Source: an uncultured Gemmatimonadaceae bacterium (lineage in GTDB: Bacteria > Gemmatimonadota > Gemmatimonadetes > Gemmatimonadales > Gemmatimonadaceae). Taken from it: 64,000 nucleotides of DNA. Below the pieces are notes generated by a model. That model worked only from the letters and a program-made list of their open reading frames with translations. It had not been told where the DNA came from and did not search any database. A program made the position numbers and the translations under genes. Positions within the stretch are counted from its first letter, which is position 1. Every line of letters begins with the position of its first letter. Positions 11,593 to 22,700 of the stretch are shown in pieces. The DNA is taken from assembly GCA_963843845.1 (NCBI GenBank), contig CAWJMB010000002.1, positions 640,001 through 704,000 on the forward strand, read 5' to 3'.

Positions 11593-12492
11593 TCACATGT
11601 TCGTCGCGTCGACCGCCATTCCCATCGCGTGGTAGCCCTTGTCCACGTAGAGCGTCGTGCCGGTGATCCCCGCGGCGAGCTCCGATGCGAGGAACGCTGC
11701 GGTGAACGCCACGTCGTTCGGCGCCGTCGGCTCCGGGATCGGGGTGTTCTGCGCGCAGTACGCGACCATCCGGTCGATGATCCCGATCGCGCTCGCCGCG
11801 CGGCTCGCCAGCGGCCCCGCCGAGATCGTGTTCACCCGCACGCCGTACTTGCGCCCCGCCTCGAACGCGAGCGTTCTCGTGTCGCTCTCGAGCGCCGCCT
11901 TCGCCGACGACATCCCGCCGCCGTAGCCGGGAATCACGCGCTCGCTCGCCATGTACGTGAGCGACGAGAACGACCCCTTCGGGCGCATGAGCGGCGCGAG
12001 CCGTTGCACCATCGCGACGAGCGAGTACGCGCTCACGCTGACCGCGGTCAGGTAGCCGCTGCGCGACGTCTCCAGGAGCGGATGCTTGACTTCGGGCCCG
12101 TTCGCCAGCGAGTGGACGACCACGTCGAGCGGCCGATCGCCGAAGTCCGCGACGAGCCGCTCGGCGAGTCCGGCGAGCGAGAAGTCGCCGGTCTCCGCAT
12201 AGCGCTTGTTCGACCGGACCTCCTCGGGCGCGTCGGCGAGCGTGTCGTACGCGGCGTCGAGCGGGTAGATGCGCTCGAACTCGAGCAGGCGGCCGTCGCG
12301 CAGGCGGCGCGACTCGTCCATCTTGCCGCGCTCGAGCAGCGTCAGGAAAATCTTCAGCGCCGGCGGCCACGTCGCCACCGAGACACTCGCGCCGGCCTCG
12401 GCGAGCGCGCGGGCGATGGCGAAGCCGTACCCATTGTCGTCGGCGACGCCGGCGACGAGCGCGCGGCGGCCGGTGAGGTCGATGTTGAGCAT
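11593..12492 (-). CDS. fabI: Enoyl-ACP reductase (plant/chlamydial-type FabI)
   Basis: GVADDNGYGFAIA, HSLANGPEV, YMASERVIPGYGGGMSSAKAALE, VNTISAGPL. Confidence 0.9.
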   Translation of the reverse strand: MLNIDLTGRRALVAGVADDNGYGFAIARALAEAGASVSVATWPPALKIFLTLLERGKMDESRRLRDGRLLEFERIYPLDAAYDTLADAPEEVRSNKRYAETGDFSLAGLAERLVADFGDRPLDVVVHSLANGPEVKHPLLETSRSGYLTAVSVSAYSLVAMVQRLAPLMRPKGSFSSLTYMASERVIPGYGGGMSSAKAALESDTRTLAFEAGRKYGVRVNTISAGPLASRAASAIGIIDRMVAYCAQNTPIPEPTAPNDVAFTAAFLASELAAGITGTTLYVDKGYHAMGMAVDATNM

Positions 12493-12669
12493 GGCGGAAC
12501 GATAACGGTCGCCGTGCGCGGCACAACGAACGCGGCGCAATCCGGGATCGCGCATGGAGCGTAGCCGTCGCGTACGTGTACTGTGACGTCTGTGTCGCGC
12601 TGGCGCTTCCACGAACGCGTCGGCGGGCTGATACTGATGCCGTACCTGCCGTGCCCCCTGCCTCCCGCC

Positions 12670-14745
12670 ATGCGTCTGCTCTCCTCCCCGCCGTCGCCCC
12701 GCTCGCTCGTGCTGCTGGCCGCCGTCGGCGCCCTGACCGCGTGTGGCGATCCTGCCGAACCGTCGGCGCCGACGCTCGCGTCGTTGATCGCGGCGACGCG
12801 CGTCGACTCGCTGCCCGAGCTCGACACGCGCCGCATCACCGTGCAGGCGACCGGCACCGACGGACTGCCCTATGCGACGACGGGGCTCGTCTGGCAGTCG
12901 AGCGACACGTCCATCGTGACCGTCGCCGCGACCGGTGACGTGACCGGCGTGCAGCCCGGCCGCGCGACCGTCACGGCATCGTTGCAGGGAAAGTCGCTGG
13001 CGCTCGCGGTGCGCGTGCTCGCCGTGCCCGTGCACGACGTCACCGTGCGCCTCGTCGGCGCGCTCGCCGCCGACACGATGCTCGTCGGCACCTCCGCGCC
13101 GCTGATCGCGGAGGCGCGCGACATCGCCGGGCGCACCTTGCGAAACCGCCAGACCAGCTTCAGCGTCGCCGAGTCGTCGACGCAGTTCGCGACGGTCGAC
13201 GGGGGACGTCTCACCGGACGCGAGGTCGGCGTCGTGCAGATCGTCGCCTACGCCGACACCGTCGAGCGTCGACTGCGCGTGGTGGTCCGGCCGGCGCTCG
13301 CGAGCGGGCTGACGCTCCGTCTCGCCGACCCGAAGAAGCTCGGCGACACGTCGTGGGTCGGTGTGGCCGACAGCGCGATCGTCGCGTGGACCGACGCCAG
13401 CGGCGCGACCCTGCCGCCGTCGCCGCTCCGCCCGGCGTCGTACTCGAGCGACGACACCGGGGTCGCCACCGTGTCGGCGACAGGGCGCGTCACGCTCGTC
13501 GGCCCGGGCACGGCGACGATCCGCGCGAATGGCGACCGCCTCACCGCGGCGCGCTCGGTGCTCGTCGTGCGCGCGCCGATCGTGACGGTGATCGCCGCGC
13601 CCGACACGGTTCGCGTCCTTCCGGGCGAGTCGGCGACGATCCGCCCGCTCCTCATCGACGGCGGCGGCATCCGTGTCTCGACGCTCGGCGCGCGCGCCAT
13701 CACGTTCGCGTCGCTCACTCCCTCGATCGCGACGGTCGACGCGAACGGCGTCGTGCAGGGCGTCGCGGTCGGGACCGGATCGGTGCGCGTCGTCAGCGAG
13801 CGCGGCACGGCCACCGTGCCGGTCCGCGTCGTCGCCCCCGCCGGATCGAATGCGTTCGTCATCGACCTTCGCTTCGTCGGCCCCACGCCCTCGCCCGAAG
13901 TCCTCGCGGCGTTCGAGCAGGCGAAGGCGCGCTGGCAGGGCATCATTCGCCAGACCACGGGCTCGGCGTCGTTCCGCTGGCCGCAAGGCACCTGCCTGCG
14001 AACGCTCCCGACAGCGCAGGACACGGTGCGCGACGTCGTCATCATGGCGCGCATCGACAGCATCGATGGCCCGTCGAACATTCTCGGGTCGGCCGGCCCG
14101 TGCGTCATCAAGCCGACGCCGTCGGGACACTCGCTCCCGATCGTCGGGCAGATGGTGTTCGACAGCGCGGACATGAAGACGATGGCGACGACGGGCCGCC
14201 TCGTGAACGTCATCACCCACGAGATGGGGCACGTGCTCGGTGTCGGCACGATGTGGGCGGCGCAGTTTCACAGCGGCGTTCGGCTCTCGGTCACGAGCCA
14301 GCTCAACCCGAGCACGAACGCGTACCTCGGCACCGGCGGCATCGCGGCGTCGGCGACGATGGGGTTCACGCAGTTCGTGTTCACCGGCGATGCGCTGTCG
14401 CTGAACACTGTGCCGCTCGAGGACACGGGGGGCTCCGGCACGGCAGGGAGCCACTGGCGCCGCTCGATCTACGGCAACGAGCTGATGAACGGGTTCGCCG
14501 GCAGTGGCGCGATGTCGCTCTCGCTGCTCACGGTCGCGGCCATGGCGGACCTCGGCTACACGGTGACCACCACGGGAGCGGAGCCGTGGGGAGCGTACAT
14601 CCTCGGCGGGCCGTCGGCGTCGAGTCTGCTGCTGTCCCGCTACCTCGGCGCGCCGGCGGAGCAACTGAACGAGCGACTGCTCGAGCCGGTCATGAGCGTG
14701 GATCGGAGCGGAACGGTCCGCATGCTGAAGGCGCCGACGCCGTGA
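12670..14745 (+). CDS. Lipoprotein with Ig-like (Big_2) repeats and a leishmanolysin-like (M8) zinc metallopeptidase
   Basis: Lipobox LTAC; WQSSDTSIVTV / YSSDDTGVATV repeats; ILGSAGPC, THEMGHVLG, GSHW, NELM. Confidence 0.85.
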   Translation: MRLLSSPPSPRSLVLLAAVGALTACGDPAEPSAPTLASLIAATRVDSLPELDTRRITVQATGTDGLPYATTGLVWQSSDTSIVTVAATGDVTGVQPGRATVTASLQGKSLALAVRVLAVPVHDVTVRLVGALAADTMLVGTSAPLIAEARDIAGRTLRNRQTSFSVAESSTQFATVDGGRLTGREVGVVQIVAYADTVERRLRVVVRPALASGLTLRLADPKKLGDTSWVGVADSAIVAWTDASGATLPPSPLRPASYSSDDTGVATVSATGRVTLVGPGTATIRANGDRLTAARSVLVVRAPIVTVIAAPDTVRVLPGESATIRPLLIDGGGIRVSTLGARAITFASLTPSIATVDANGVVQGVAVGTGSVRVVSERGTATVPVRVVAPAGSNAFVIDLRFVGPTPSPEVLAAFEQAKARWQGIIRQTTGSASFRWPQGTCLRTLPTAQDTVRDVVIMARIDSIDGPSNILGSAGPCVIKPTPSGHSLPIVGQMVFDSADMKTMATTGRLVNVITHEMGHVLGVGTMWAAQFHSGVRLSVTSQLNPSTNAYLGTGGIAASATMGFTQFVFTGDALSLNTVPLEDTGGSGTAGSHWRRSIYGNELMNGFAGSGAMSLSLLTVAAMADLGYTVTTTGAEPWGAYILGGPSASSLLLSRYLGAPAEQLNERLLEPVMSVDRSGTVRMLKAPTP

Positions 14746-14782
14746 GGCCTGCGGGGGCGGCGCTCGGCGGCTGGTTCAGGCG

Positions 14783-15883
14783 TCACACCATCTCCCGCAG
14801 CACCATGTCGCACACGTCGAGGCACCGCGCGAGCCCTTCGCTCGTGTGATCCCCCATGTGCCCGACGCGGAACCCGCGCGGCTTGAACGTTCCGTACCCG
14901 CCGCCCAGCGTGAAGCCGCGCGCGCCGACGGCCGTCACGAACGTGTCGCCGTTCAAGCCATCGGGCAGCAGGATCGTGCTCACGGTCGGCGACCGTTCAC
15001 CCTCGGGGCTCAGGATCGACAGGCCGTAGCGGTCGGCGCGCTCGTCGACCCACCGATACGTCTGCGCCGCGAGCGCCGAGTGCCGCGCCCACCGCGCCTC
15101 GATCGTCTCGGCCTGGATGCGCGCCATCTGCGCCTCGAGCGCATAGATGAGCGACACGGCCGGCGTGTTCGGCGTCTGGTTCTTCTCCGCGAACTCGGCG
15201 AACTCGACGAGATCGAAGTACATCCCGCGCTGCACGCCCTGCGACACGGTGCGCATGTACCGCTCGGATACCGCGCAGAACGAGAGCCCCGGCGGCAGGG
15301 CGAGCGCCTTCTGCGATCCGGTGAGCACGAAGTCGATCGCCGCGCGGTCGGTCTGAAGCCGGACCCCGCCGAGCCCCGTGACGCTGTCGACGAGGGAGAG
15401 CGCACCCGCGTCGTGGGCGAGCGCGGCGAGCGTCTCGACGTCGGTGAGCGCGCCGGTCGACGACTCGGAGTGTACCGCCGTCAGGCACACGTAGCGCTTC
15501 GCCCGCAGCCGCGGGGCGACGTCGTCCGGATGCACGGCGCGGCCTAACGGCACGTCGATCACGTCCACGTCGCGGCCGCAGGCGCGCGCGATCTGCGCGA
15601 ACCGCTCCGAGAACGCACCGTTCACCGCCGAGAGCACCGGCCCCGGCGGCGCGTTGCGGATCGCCGCTTCCATCAGCCCCGTCGACGCCGACGTGCTCAC
15701 GAAGACGTGGCGCGCGGTCTGGAACACGTCGCGCAGCCCGCACTGCGCGCGGCCGTAGATCCCCTCGAACACCTTCCCCCGGTGCGTGATCATCGGCCGC
15801 GCCATCGCGGCGAGCACGTCGGGGTGGACCTCGGTCGGACCGGGGAGGAAGAACGTTCCAGTCGAGAGCAGCGGTGTGGTCAT
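14783..15883 (-). CDS. Class V PLP aminotransferase (serine-pyruvate type; probably supplies SerC function)
   Basis: FLPGPT, HSESSTG, VDSVTG, TGSQKAL (PLP Lys), QTPNTP, FRVGHMG. Confidence 0.9.
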   Translation of the reverse strand: MTTPLLSTGTFFLPGPTEVHPDVLAAMARPMITHRGKVFEGIYGRAQCGLRDVFQTARHVFVSTSASTGLMEAAIRNAPPGPVLSAVNGAFSERFAQIARACGRDVDVIDVPLGRAVHPDDVAPRLRAKRYVCLTAVHSESSTGALTDVETLAALAHDAGALSLVDSVTGLGGVRLQTDRAAIDFVLTGSQKALALPPGLSFCAVSERYMRTVSQGVQRGMYFDLVEFAEFAEKNQTPNTPAVSLIYALEAQMARIQAETIEARWARHSALAAQTYRWVDERADRYGLSILSPEGERSPTVSTILLPDGLNGDTFVTAVGARGFTLGGGYGTFKPRGFRVGHMGDHTSEGLARCLDVCDMVLREMV

Positions 15884-16551
15884 CCGAGCACGAGCGCTGA
15901 GAGTTGGTCGAACGACGTGAGCTCGACGTCGGCCGCCGCGACGACGGGCTCGCGACGGACGACGCCGGTGAACGCCGCGAATGCGTCAGCCGGCCCCCGC
16001 ATCGCGATGTCGGTCGCGCCGTCGCCGACGGCGAGGAGCGGGCGCGGAAACGCATGCGTGCCTAACAGTTCCTCGACGACGCCGCGCTTTCCGCCCTGCG
16101 TCGCGAGCGGCGAGCCGGCGTCGTACGCGAAGTAGGCGCCGCCCATGTCGAACACGACGTCGACCGCGTGGACGTCGGCCGCCGCGACGCCCAGGTGCCG
16201 CGCGAGCGGCAGGATCGCCTGGCGCAGCCCGCCGCTCACGAGCGCGACGCGCACGCCGCGGCCGGTCAGGCGGGCCAGCGCCGCCTCCGCGCCGGGCACG
16301 ATCGTCGCCACGTACGCGTCCGCGAGCGCCGCGAGATCGTCGCGCCCCGGCCGCACGAGGGCGAGGCGCTCGCCGTACACCTGCTCGAGCGCGATCTCGC
16401 CCTGCATCGCGCGCTCGGTCAGCGCCGCGACCCGCGCGACGACGTCATGGCCTCGGCGCTCGGCGAGCCAGTCGATCCCCTCGATCGACGACAGCGTCGA
16501 GTCGACGTCGATGACGAGCGAGGCGTAGCGGCCCGCGTGGGGGGCTGGCAT
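15880..16551 (-). CDS. serB: HAD-IB phosphoserine phosphatase
   Basis: DVDSTL, EGID, TERAMQG, VSGG, VGDGATD. Confidence 0.85.
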   Translation of the reverse strand: MPAPHAGRYASLVIDVDSTLSSIEGIDWLAERRGHDVVARVAALTERAMQGEIALEQVYGERLALVRPGRDDLAALADAYVATIVPGAEAALARLTGRGVRVALVSGGLRQAILPLARHLGVAAADVHAVDVVFDMGGAYFAYDAGSPLATQGGKRGVVEELLGTHAFPRPLLAVGDGATDIAMRGPADAFAAFTGVVRREPVVAAADVELTSFDQLSALVLG

Positions 16552-17993
16552 CAGTCGACGAACACGTTGCCGGGTGACAGGAGGCCGAGCGGATCCAGCT
16601 CGCGCTTCACCGCCCGCATCACGCCGAGCTGCGCGGCGCCGAGTTGCATCGCGAGCCAGCGGCGCTTGAGCTTCCCGATCCCGTGTTCCGCAGAGACGGT
16701 GCCGCCCATGGCGACGACGTGGCGCAGCGTCGCCTCGACGGCCGCTTCCATGCGCTCGACCTCCGCCGCGTCGCGCGCGTGCAGGTGCTGGTGCGGGTGC
16801 CCGTTCCCGGCGTGCCCGAACGTCGCCGCGATCTCGACGCCGTACTCGGCGGCGACACTGTCAGCTGCAACGAGCGCCTCGTGCAGCCGCGCGTACGGCA
16901 CCGCCCAGTCGGTCGACACCTTGCGTCCGCCATTCGCCCGATGGCGCGCCGCACGCTCGTTGAGCGTCGCCGGCACCGCGTGCCGCATCCGCCGCGCGAC
17001 GTGCAGATTCTGCTCCCCCTCGAACACCTGGATGTCGTCGGCGAGCGCGTGATGTCGCTCGGCGAGCGCGAGCCACGCGTCGAGGTCGACCTCGTCCGAG
17101 CGCGCCTGGCCTGCGTGGAGCGACGAAAACGCCTCCTGCTCCGCGTAGACGTAGGCGCGCGCGTCCGCCCCCCACGTGCCGCCGACGAAGTCGCGCGCGA
17201 TCGCGAACGCCTTCTCGTCGAGATATTCGAGGCAGCGCGGCGAGATCCCCGGGTCGCCACGGTCGCGCGCCGCGCGCGCGTCCACGACGAACGCGAGCGC
17301 GTCCCGGGCGGTGGGGAAGGGAAGCCCGAGTCCCGTCACCGCGGTCGGCAGCGGCAGCAGCGACAGCTCCGCTTCGAGCACGACGCCCAGCGTGCCTTCG
17401 CTGCCGACGAACCAGTCGACCGGGTCCTGCACGAGCGGCGGGCCGGCGGTGTTCTTCTCGAGTCGCGGACGTCGCACCTCGATCACCCGGCCGTCTGCGA
17501 GCGCGACGGTGAGCGCGCGCACGTGCGGACGCGTCGCGCCGTACTTGAGCGACCGCGCACCCGACGAGTTGCAGACGATCGCGCCGCCGATCGACGACTC
17601 GTCCTCGCTCGTCGGGTCCGGCGCGAGCAGCAGCCCGCGTTCTGCCACCAGGCGCTTCACGTCGCCGAGGAGCGCGCCGGGCTCGACGCGGACGAGTCGA
17701 GCCTTCTCGTCGACGTCGAGCACGCGGTCGAGCGCGCGCAGCGACAGCACGATGCCGCGGTCGGTGATCGAGCCACCGACGTAGCTCGTCTGCGCGCCGG
17801 CCGGCGTCACCGGCGTGCGCGCCGATGCCGCCTCGCGCAGCACCTCGACGACCTCCGCCGCGCTCGCCGGCCGCGCGACGGCGTCGGGGACGAGGACGAG
17901 CCCCGACGCGTCCGCCGCGAACGCCTCCCGCACGTCGCGGTCGGTCGTGACGACCGTCATGCGACTACCGGCTGTCGAACGCGCACCGCTCAC
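16551..17993 (-). CDS. FAD-binding oxidoreductase, GlcD/D-lactate/D-2-hydroxyglutarate dehydrogenase family
   Basis: PDPTS, IGGAIVCNSSG, KYG, GSEGTLGV, FGHAGNGHPH, SAEHGIG, LDPLGLLSPG. Confidence 0.85.
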   Translation of the reverse strand: MSGARSTAGSRMTVVTTDRDVREAFAADASGLVLVPDAVARPASAAEVVEVLREAASARTPVTPAGAQTSYVGGSITDRGIVLSLRALDRVLDVDEKARLVRVEPGALLGDVKRLVAERGLLLAPDPTSEDESSIGGAIVCNSSGARSLKYGATRPHVRALTVALADGRVIEVRRPRLEKNTAGPPLVQDPVDWFVGSEGTLGVVLEAELSLLPLPTAVTGLGLPFPTARDALAFVVDARAARDRGDPGISPRCLEYLDEKAFAIARDFVGGTWGADARAYVYAEQEAFSSLHAGQARSDEVDLDAWLALAERHHALADDIQVFEGEQNLHVARRMRHAVPATLNERAARHRANGGRKVSTDWAVPYARLHEALVAADSVAAEYGVEIAATFGHAGNGHPHQHLHARDAAEVERMEAAVEATLRHVVAMGGTVSAEHGIGKLKRRWLAMQLGAAQLGVMRAVKRELDPLGLLSPGNVFVD

Positions 17994-19594
17994 CCCTCAC
18001 GAAACAGCACCACCGACGCACTCTCCACGTCCGGGCTCTCGACGAGCCGCTGTCGCACGTCCGACGCGACCGTTCCGTCGACCGAGATCACGGCGAGCGC
18101 CTCTCCTCCCTGCGCGAGCCGCGCCTGATGGTACTCGGCGATGTTCACGCCGGCGTCGCCCAGCACCGTCCCGACGCGGCCGATGACGCCCGGCACGTCA
18201 CGGTTCGTCAGCACGATGAGCGTCTGCCGCGGATTCACGTCGACGCGGAAGCCGCCGATGCGCGTGATGCGCGCCGCGCCCTCGGCCGTCGTCACGCCGG
18301 CGACGGCCAGTTCCTGCATGGCGCCGCGCAGCGACACCTCGACCCCCTGCGCCGGCAGCGCCGCGCTCTCGCCGACGACCAGCTCGAGCCCGCGCGCCTC
18401 GGAGAGGGCGCGCGCGTTGATCATGTTCAGGCGGTCCGCCTCGATCGTCCCCTCGATCGCGCCGAGCGCCGCCGCGCTGAGCAGCGCCTGCTGCCCGCCG
18501 GCGAGCGCGACGCCGCAGCGGAGCGTGAGGCGCTGCGGCGCCCGCGTGCCGCGGTCGGCGAGCAGGGCGCGGGCGATCGCGGCAGCGCGGCGAGCGAGCA
18601 GCATCGCCGGCTGCAGCTCGCGCCACTGCCCGTCGACCGCCGCGACGTTCATCGAGCGGCCGATCTCGTCACGAAGGAGCGCGTCGCGCACGGCGAGGCA
18701 CACGTCGACCGCGACGTTGCGCTGCGCCTCGGCCGACGAGGCGCCGATGTGCGGGGTGAGGATCACGTCGTCCATCGCGCGCAGCGGGTGCTCCGCCGTC
18801 ATCGGCTCGGTCACGTAGACGTCGAGCGCCGCGCCGCGCAGGTGCCCGCTCTCGAGTGCCGCGGTGAGCGCCGCGTCGTCGACGATGCCGCCGCGCGCGA
18901 GATTCGCGACGATCGCGCCGGCGCGCAGCCGCGCGATCTCGGAGCGTCCGATCAGCCCCTTCGTCTCGTCGGTGAGCGGGGTGTGCACGGTGAGGACGTC
19001 CGCTTCGTCGAGCAGCGCGTCGAGCGTCGCCGCGCGCTGCACGCGGAGCGTCGCGAACCGCGTGTCGGCGACGTACGGATCGAACGCGATCACCTGCATG
19101 CCGAACGCGTGCGCGCGCAGGGCGACCTCGCTCCCGATGCGTCCGAGCCCGACGATGCCTAACGTTTTCCCCTTCAGCTCGGTGCCGAGCAGCTGCGAGC
19201 GGTCCCACCGCCCGGCGCGCATCGAGGCGACGGCCTTCGGCAGGTGCCGGACGAGCGAGAGCAGCACGCCGAACACCAGCTCCGCCACGGCGACCGTGTT
19301 CCCGGCCGGCGCGTTGATGACCGCGATGCCCAGCGACGTCGCGACGTCCATCGCCACGTTGTCGACGCCGACGCCGGCGCGCCCGACGACCTTGAGCCGC
19401 GTCGCGCGCTGCAGCAGCTCGGCCGAGATGCGCGTCGCGCTGCGGCCGACGATCGCGTCGTAGTCGCCGATCCGCGCCAGGAGCTCGTCCTTCGGCAGCG
19501 TCGGCACCTCGTCCACCTGCAACTGCGGCTCAGCTTCCAGAATCGCGACGCCGTCGCGGTCGACGTCGTCGGTGACGAGCACACGGTAGGGCAT
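17990..19594 (-). CDS. serA: D-3-phosphoglycerate dehydrogenase with ASB/ACT domains
   Basis: GRAGVGVDN, GIVGLGRIG, NLARGG, ALDVY, TPHIGAS, NRDVPGVIG..GVNIA. Confidence 0.95.
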   Translation of the reverse strand: MPYRVLVTDDVDRDGVAILEAEPQLQVDEVPTLPKDELLARIGDYDAIVGRSATRISAELLQRATRLKVVGRAGVGVDNVAMDVATSLGIAVINAPAGNTVAVAELVFGVLLSLVRHLPKAVASMRAGRWDRSQLLGTELKGKTLGIVGLGRIGSEVALRAHAFGMQVIAFDPYVADTRFATLRVQRAATLDALLDEADVLTVHTPLTDETKGLIGRSEIARLRAGAIVANLARGGIVDDAALTAALESGHLRGAALDVYVTEPMTAEHPLRAMDDVILTPHIGASSAEAQRNVAVDVCLAVRDALLRDEIGRSMNVAAVDGQWRELQPAMLLARRAAAIARALLADRGTRAPQRLTLRCGVALAGGQQALLSAAALGAIEGTIEADRLNMINARALSEARGLELVVGESAALPAQGVEVSLRGAMQELAVAGVTTAEGAARITRIGGFRVDVNPRQTLIVLTNRDVPGVIGRVGTVLGDAGVNIAEYHQARLAQGGEALAVISVDGTVASDVRQRLVESPDVESASVVLFREG

Positions 19595-19674
19595 GCGGCG
19601 GAGAACGGAGGACACGGAAACACGCGAGCCGGAAGGATAATCCCCTCCGGCTCGCGCGACGCCACGTGCCGCGC

Positions 19675-19714
19675 CGTCCCTGCCGTCCGCGTCCCTGCCG
19701 TCCGCGTCCCTGCC
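19675..19714. repeat. 15-bp tandem repeat (CGTCCCTGCCGTCCG, about 2.7 copies)
   Basis: Read directly from the intergenic sequence upstream of serA. Confidence 0.85.
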
Positions 19715-19727
19715 TTCGGCGAATCGG

Positions 19728-22700
19728 CTACCGGCGCACCGGCTCGCGACCCGGCTCGTCCTCGTCGCCCGGGAACGGCGACACTCCGCCGCTCCCGCTC
19801 ACCCGCTCCACGCGCAGCGGCACGCGCGTCGTCTGCCCGTCGATCGTCACGGCGACCTGATACGTTCCCGTCGGCACGAGCCCGCTGCCGCCACCGAACC
19901 CGCCGCCGCCGCCGAAGCCTCGTCCGCGCGTCGCGGCCTGAATGGCCTGGAAGACGGTGCCCATGTTGCTCGCGTCCATCCCCGGGGCGCCTCCTTCGCC
20001 GCCCTCGCGCGGCATCCCCTCGCCCTGCGCCGCCGCGCCGGCACCCCCGCCACGCGCCGCGGCCGCAGCGGCTTCCGCAGGCCGCTCGACGTACGCCGGG
20101 TAGCCGACCGGCGTGATCGTGCCGCGCGCGTTCGCGCCGCCGCCACCCCCGCGCCCGCCGCCGCCGCCGCCGCCGCCTGCGCCCATCGACGCCATCAGCT
20201 CCTGCATGGCTGTCTGGCCGCCGCTCGCCGCCGCTTTCACCCGGTCGGCCATCGCCGCCGGCAGCGCGTTCGCCTTCACGAGCGAGTCGACCACGGCGAT
20301 CACGCGACGCGCGTTCACGACCGAGTCACGCCGCTGTGCCGGCGAGAGCGGCGCCGCGGCGGCCGGGCGGTCGCGCATGTCCCACAGCACGCGGTGCACG
20401 CCAGCCGTGTTCGGGGCGTTCGTCCACGCGCGCAGCGTGTCGCCCATCGCGTTCAGCACGGCCACACGCACCGGCCCCGCGACCTGCGCCCCGGGCGCGA
20501 TGCGGTACACGATCTCCGCGCCGTACGCGGGGCTCGGCGCCGCCCAGTACTGATTGCCGGTGCTCTGCCCTTCCATCGGCGTCTCGCCGTACTGCAGCGC
20601 GGTCTTCGGCGTGAAGACGTGCGTCGCCGCGGCGATCGTGCGCGCCGTCATCTCCTGCAGCGGGGCCACGTCCGCGATCCAGACGCCGCGGCCGTGCGTG
20701 CCGGCGATCAGCTCGCGGTCGCGCGGGTGGATGCGCAGGTCGTGCACCGGCACCGTCGGCAGCCCCGTCATGAAGCGCTGCCACGACCCGCCGCGGTCGA
20801 GCGACACGTAGACCCCGACGTCGGTGCCGAGGTAGAGCAGCTCCTGGTTCACCGGGTCCTCGCGGATGACGTGCACGAAGTCCGCGCTCCCGGTCGGCAG
20901 ATTCGACACGATCGAGCGGAAGGTGCGTCCGCCGTCGCGCGTCATGTAGACGTACGGCGTGAAGTCGCCGCGGCGGTGGTTGTCGAACGTCACGTAGAAG
21001 GTCGCCGTGTCCTTCCAGCTCGGCTCGATGCGGCTCACGTACGTGTTCGCCGGCACACCGGCGATGCGGCTCGTGAGGTCGGTCCACGTCGCGCCGTCGT
21101 TGCCGGTCACCCACACTTTCCCGTCGTCGGTGCCGGCGAACAGCATCCCCGCCTTCACCGGCGACTCGTTCAGCGACACGATCGTCGAGTACGTCTCGGC
21201 CCCCGTCGCGTCGGTCGTGATGCCGCCGGTCGTCCGCGTCGAGACGCGGATCTTCATCGTGTCCCTCGTCGTCAGGTCCGGCGAGATGAAGTACAGGTTG
21301 TCGCCGCGGCTCGTGCTCTTGAGCACGCGGTTCGCCGCGGCGTAGAACACTTTCGGGTTGTGCCACGAGAGGAAGAACGGCGTGTTCCAGTTCCACCGCA
21401 GATCGGTGTCGACCGAGTCGGCGAGCTGCCGGGCACGGATGTCGGCGAGCCGCCGGCGCTGGTCCGCGGAGAGCGGCGTCGTCGAGTCGGGGCGCTCGAT
21501 GAGGATCGAGTCCTCGAACTGCGTGTAGCGGTTGCGCCAGTTCGGCTTCTGCAGCGCCGTGCGCTCCCCCGTCACCAGGTCGATGCGCGACATGTTGCCG
21601 CCCTGCGACTCGGCGTACACGGTGTTCGGGTCGCTCGGGTCCTGTGCCGTCACGAAGCCGTCGCCGCCGGCCACCGTCGCCCACATCGCGCTCGTGATCG
21701 GGCCGCTCTTGCGCCGCGACGGGCCGCACCACGAGCCGTTGTCCTGCAGGCCGCCGCAGACGCGGTACGGCACGGCCATGTCGTAGCTGACGTTGTAGAA
21801 CTGCGCGAGCGGGATCGTGTTCAGGAAGTTGTACGTGCCGCCCCGGTCGAAGGTGATCGCCACGCCGCCGTCGTCGCCGACCACGAAGCGCGACGGGTCG
21901 TTCGGGTCGATCCACTGCGCGTGGTGGTCGACGTGGATGCCGACCGTGGCGTTCCGGGCCGTCTTCCCGCCGTCGTCCGACACCTTCACCGGGGTCGACG
22001 ACCAGTACACGCGGTCCGGGTTCTTCGGGTCCACGCGGACCTGCGAGTAGTAGAACGGCCGCACGTTCTCGCCGTTCGTGCGCGTCCACGTCGCCCCGCC
22101 GTCCTCCGAGCGATAGAGCCCGCTCGGCCGGGTCTGCGGGCGGTCGGCGCTCTTCGCCTTCGGCAGTGTGTCCGCCTCGACCATCAGATACATCACGCGC
22201 GGGTTCGACGCGGCGATGGCGATCTCGATGCGGCCCAACGTGCTCGTCGGGAGTCCGCCCCCCTTCACCTGCGTGAACGTTCGCCCGGCGTCGGTCGATT
22301 TCCACAGCCCGGAGCCCGGTCCGCCGGAGTTCAGGAAGTAGGGGCCACGCGCCCGCTCGTAGCTCGCCGCCCACACGATGTCGGGATTCGACGGGTCGAG
22401 CTCGACGTCGACGAAGCCGGCCTTGTCGCCGACGCTCTTGAGCAGCTGCCAGCTCTTCCCGCCGTCGGTCGTCTTGTAGAGACCGCGCTCGCCGCCACTC
22501 CGCCACGCCGGCCCCAGCGCCGCGATGTAGGCCACGTTCGCGTCGCGTGGGTCGACGACGATGCGCCCGACGTGCTCCGACCCCTTCAGCCCGACGAACT
22601 GCCAGCTCCGGCCGCCGTCGGCCGAGCGGTAGACGCCGCAGCCGGGCGAGATCGAGTTGCGGCTGTTCGGCTCGCCCGTTCCCAGGTACAGCACGTTCGT

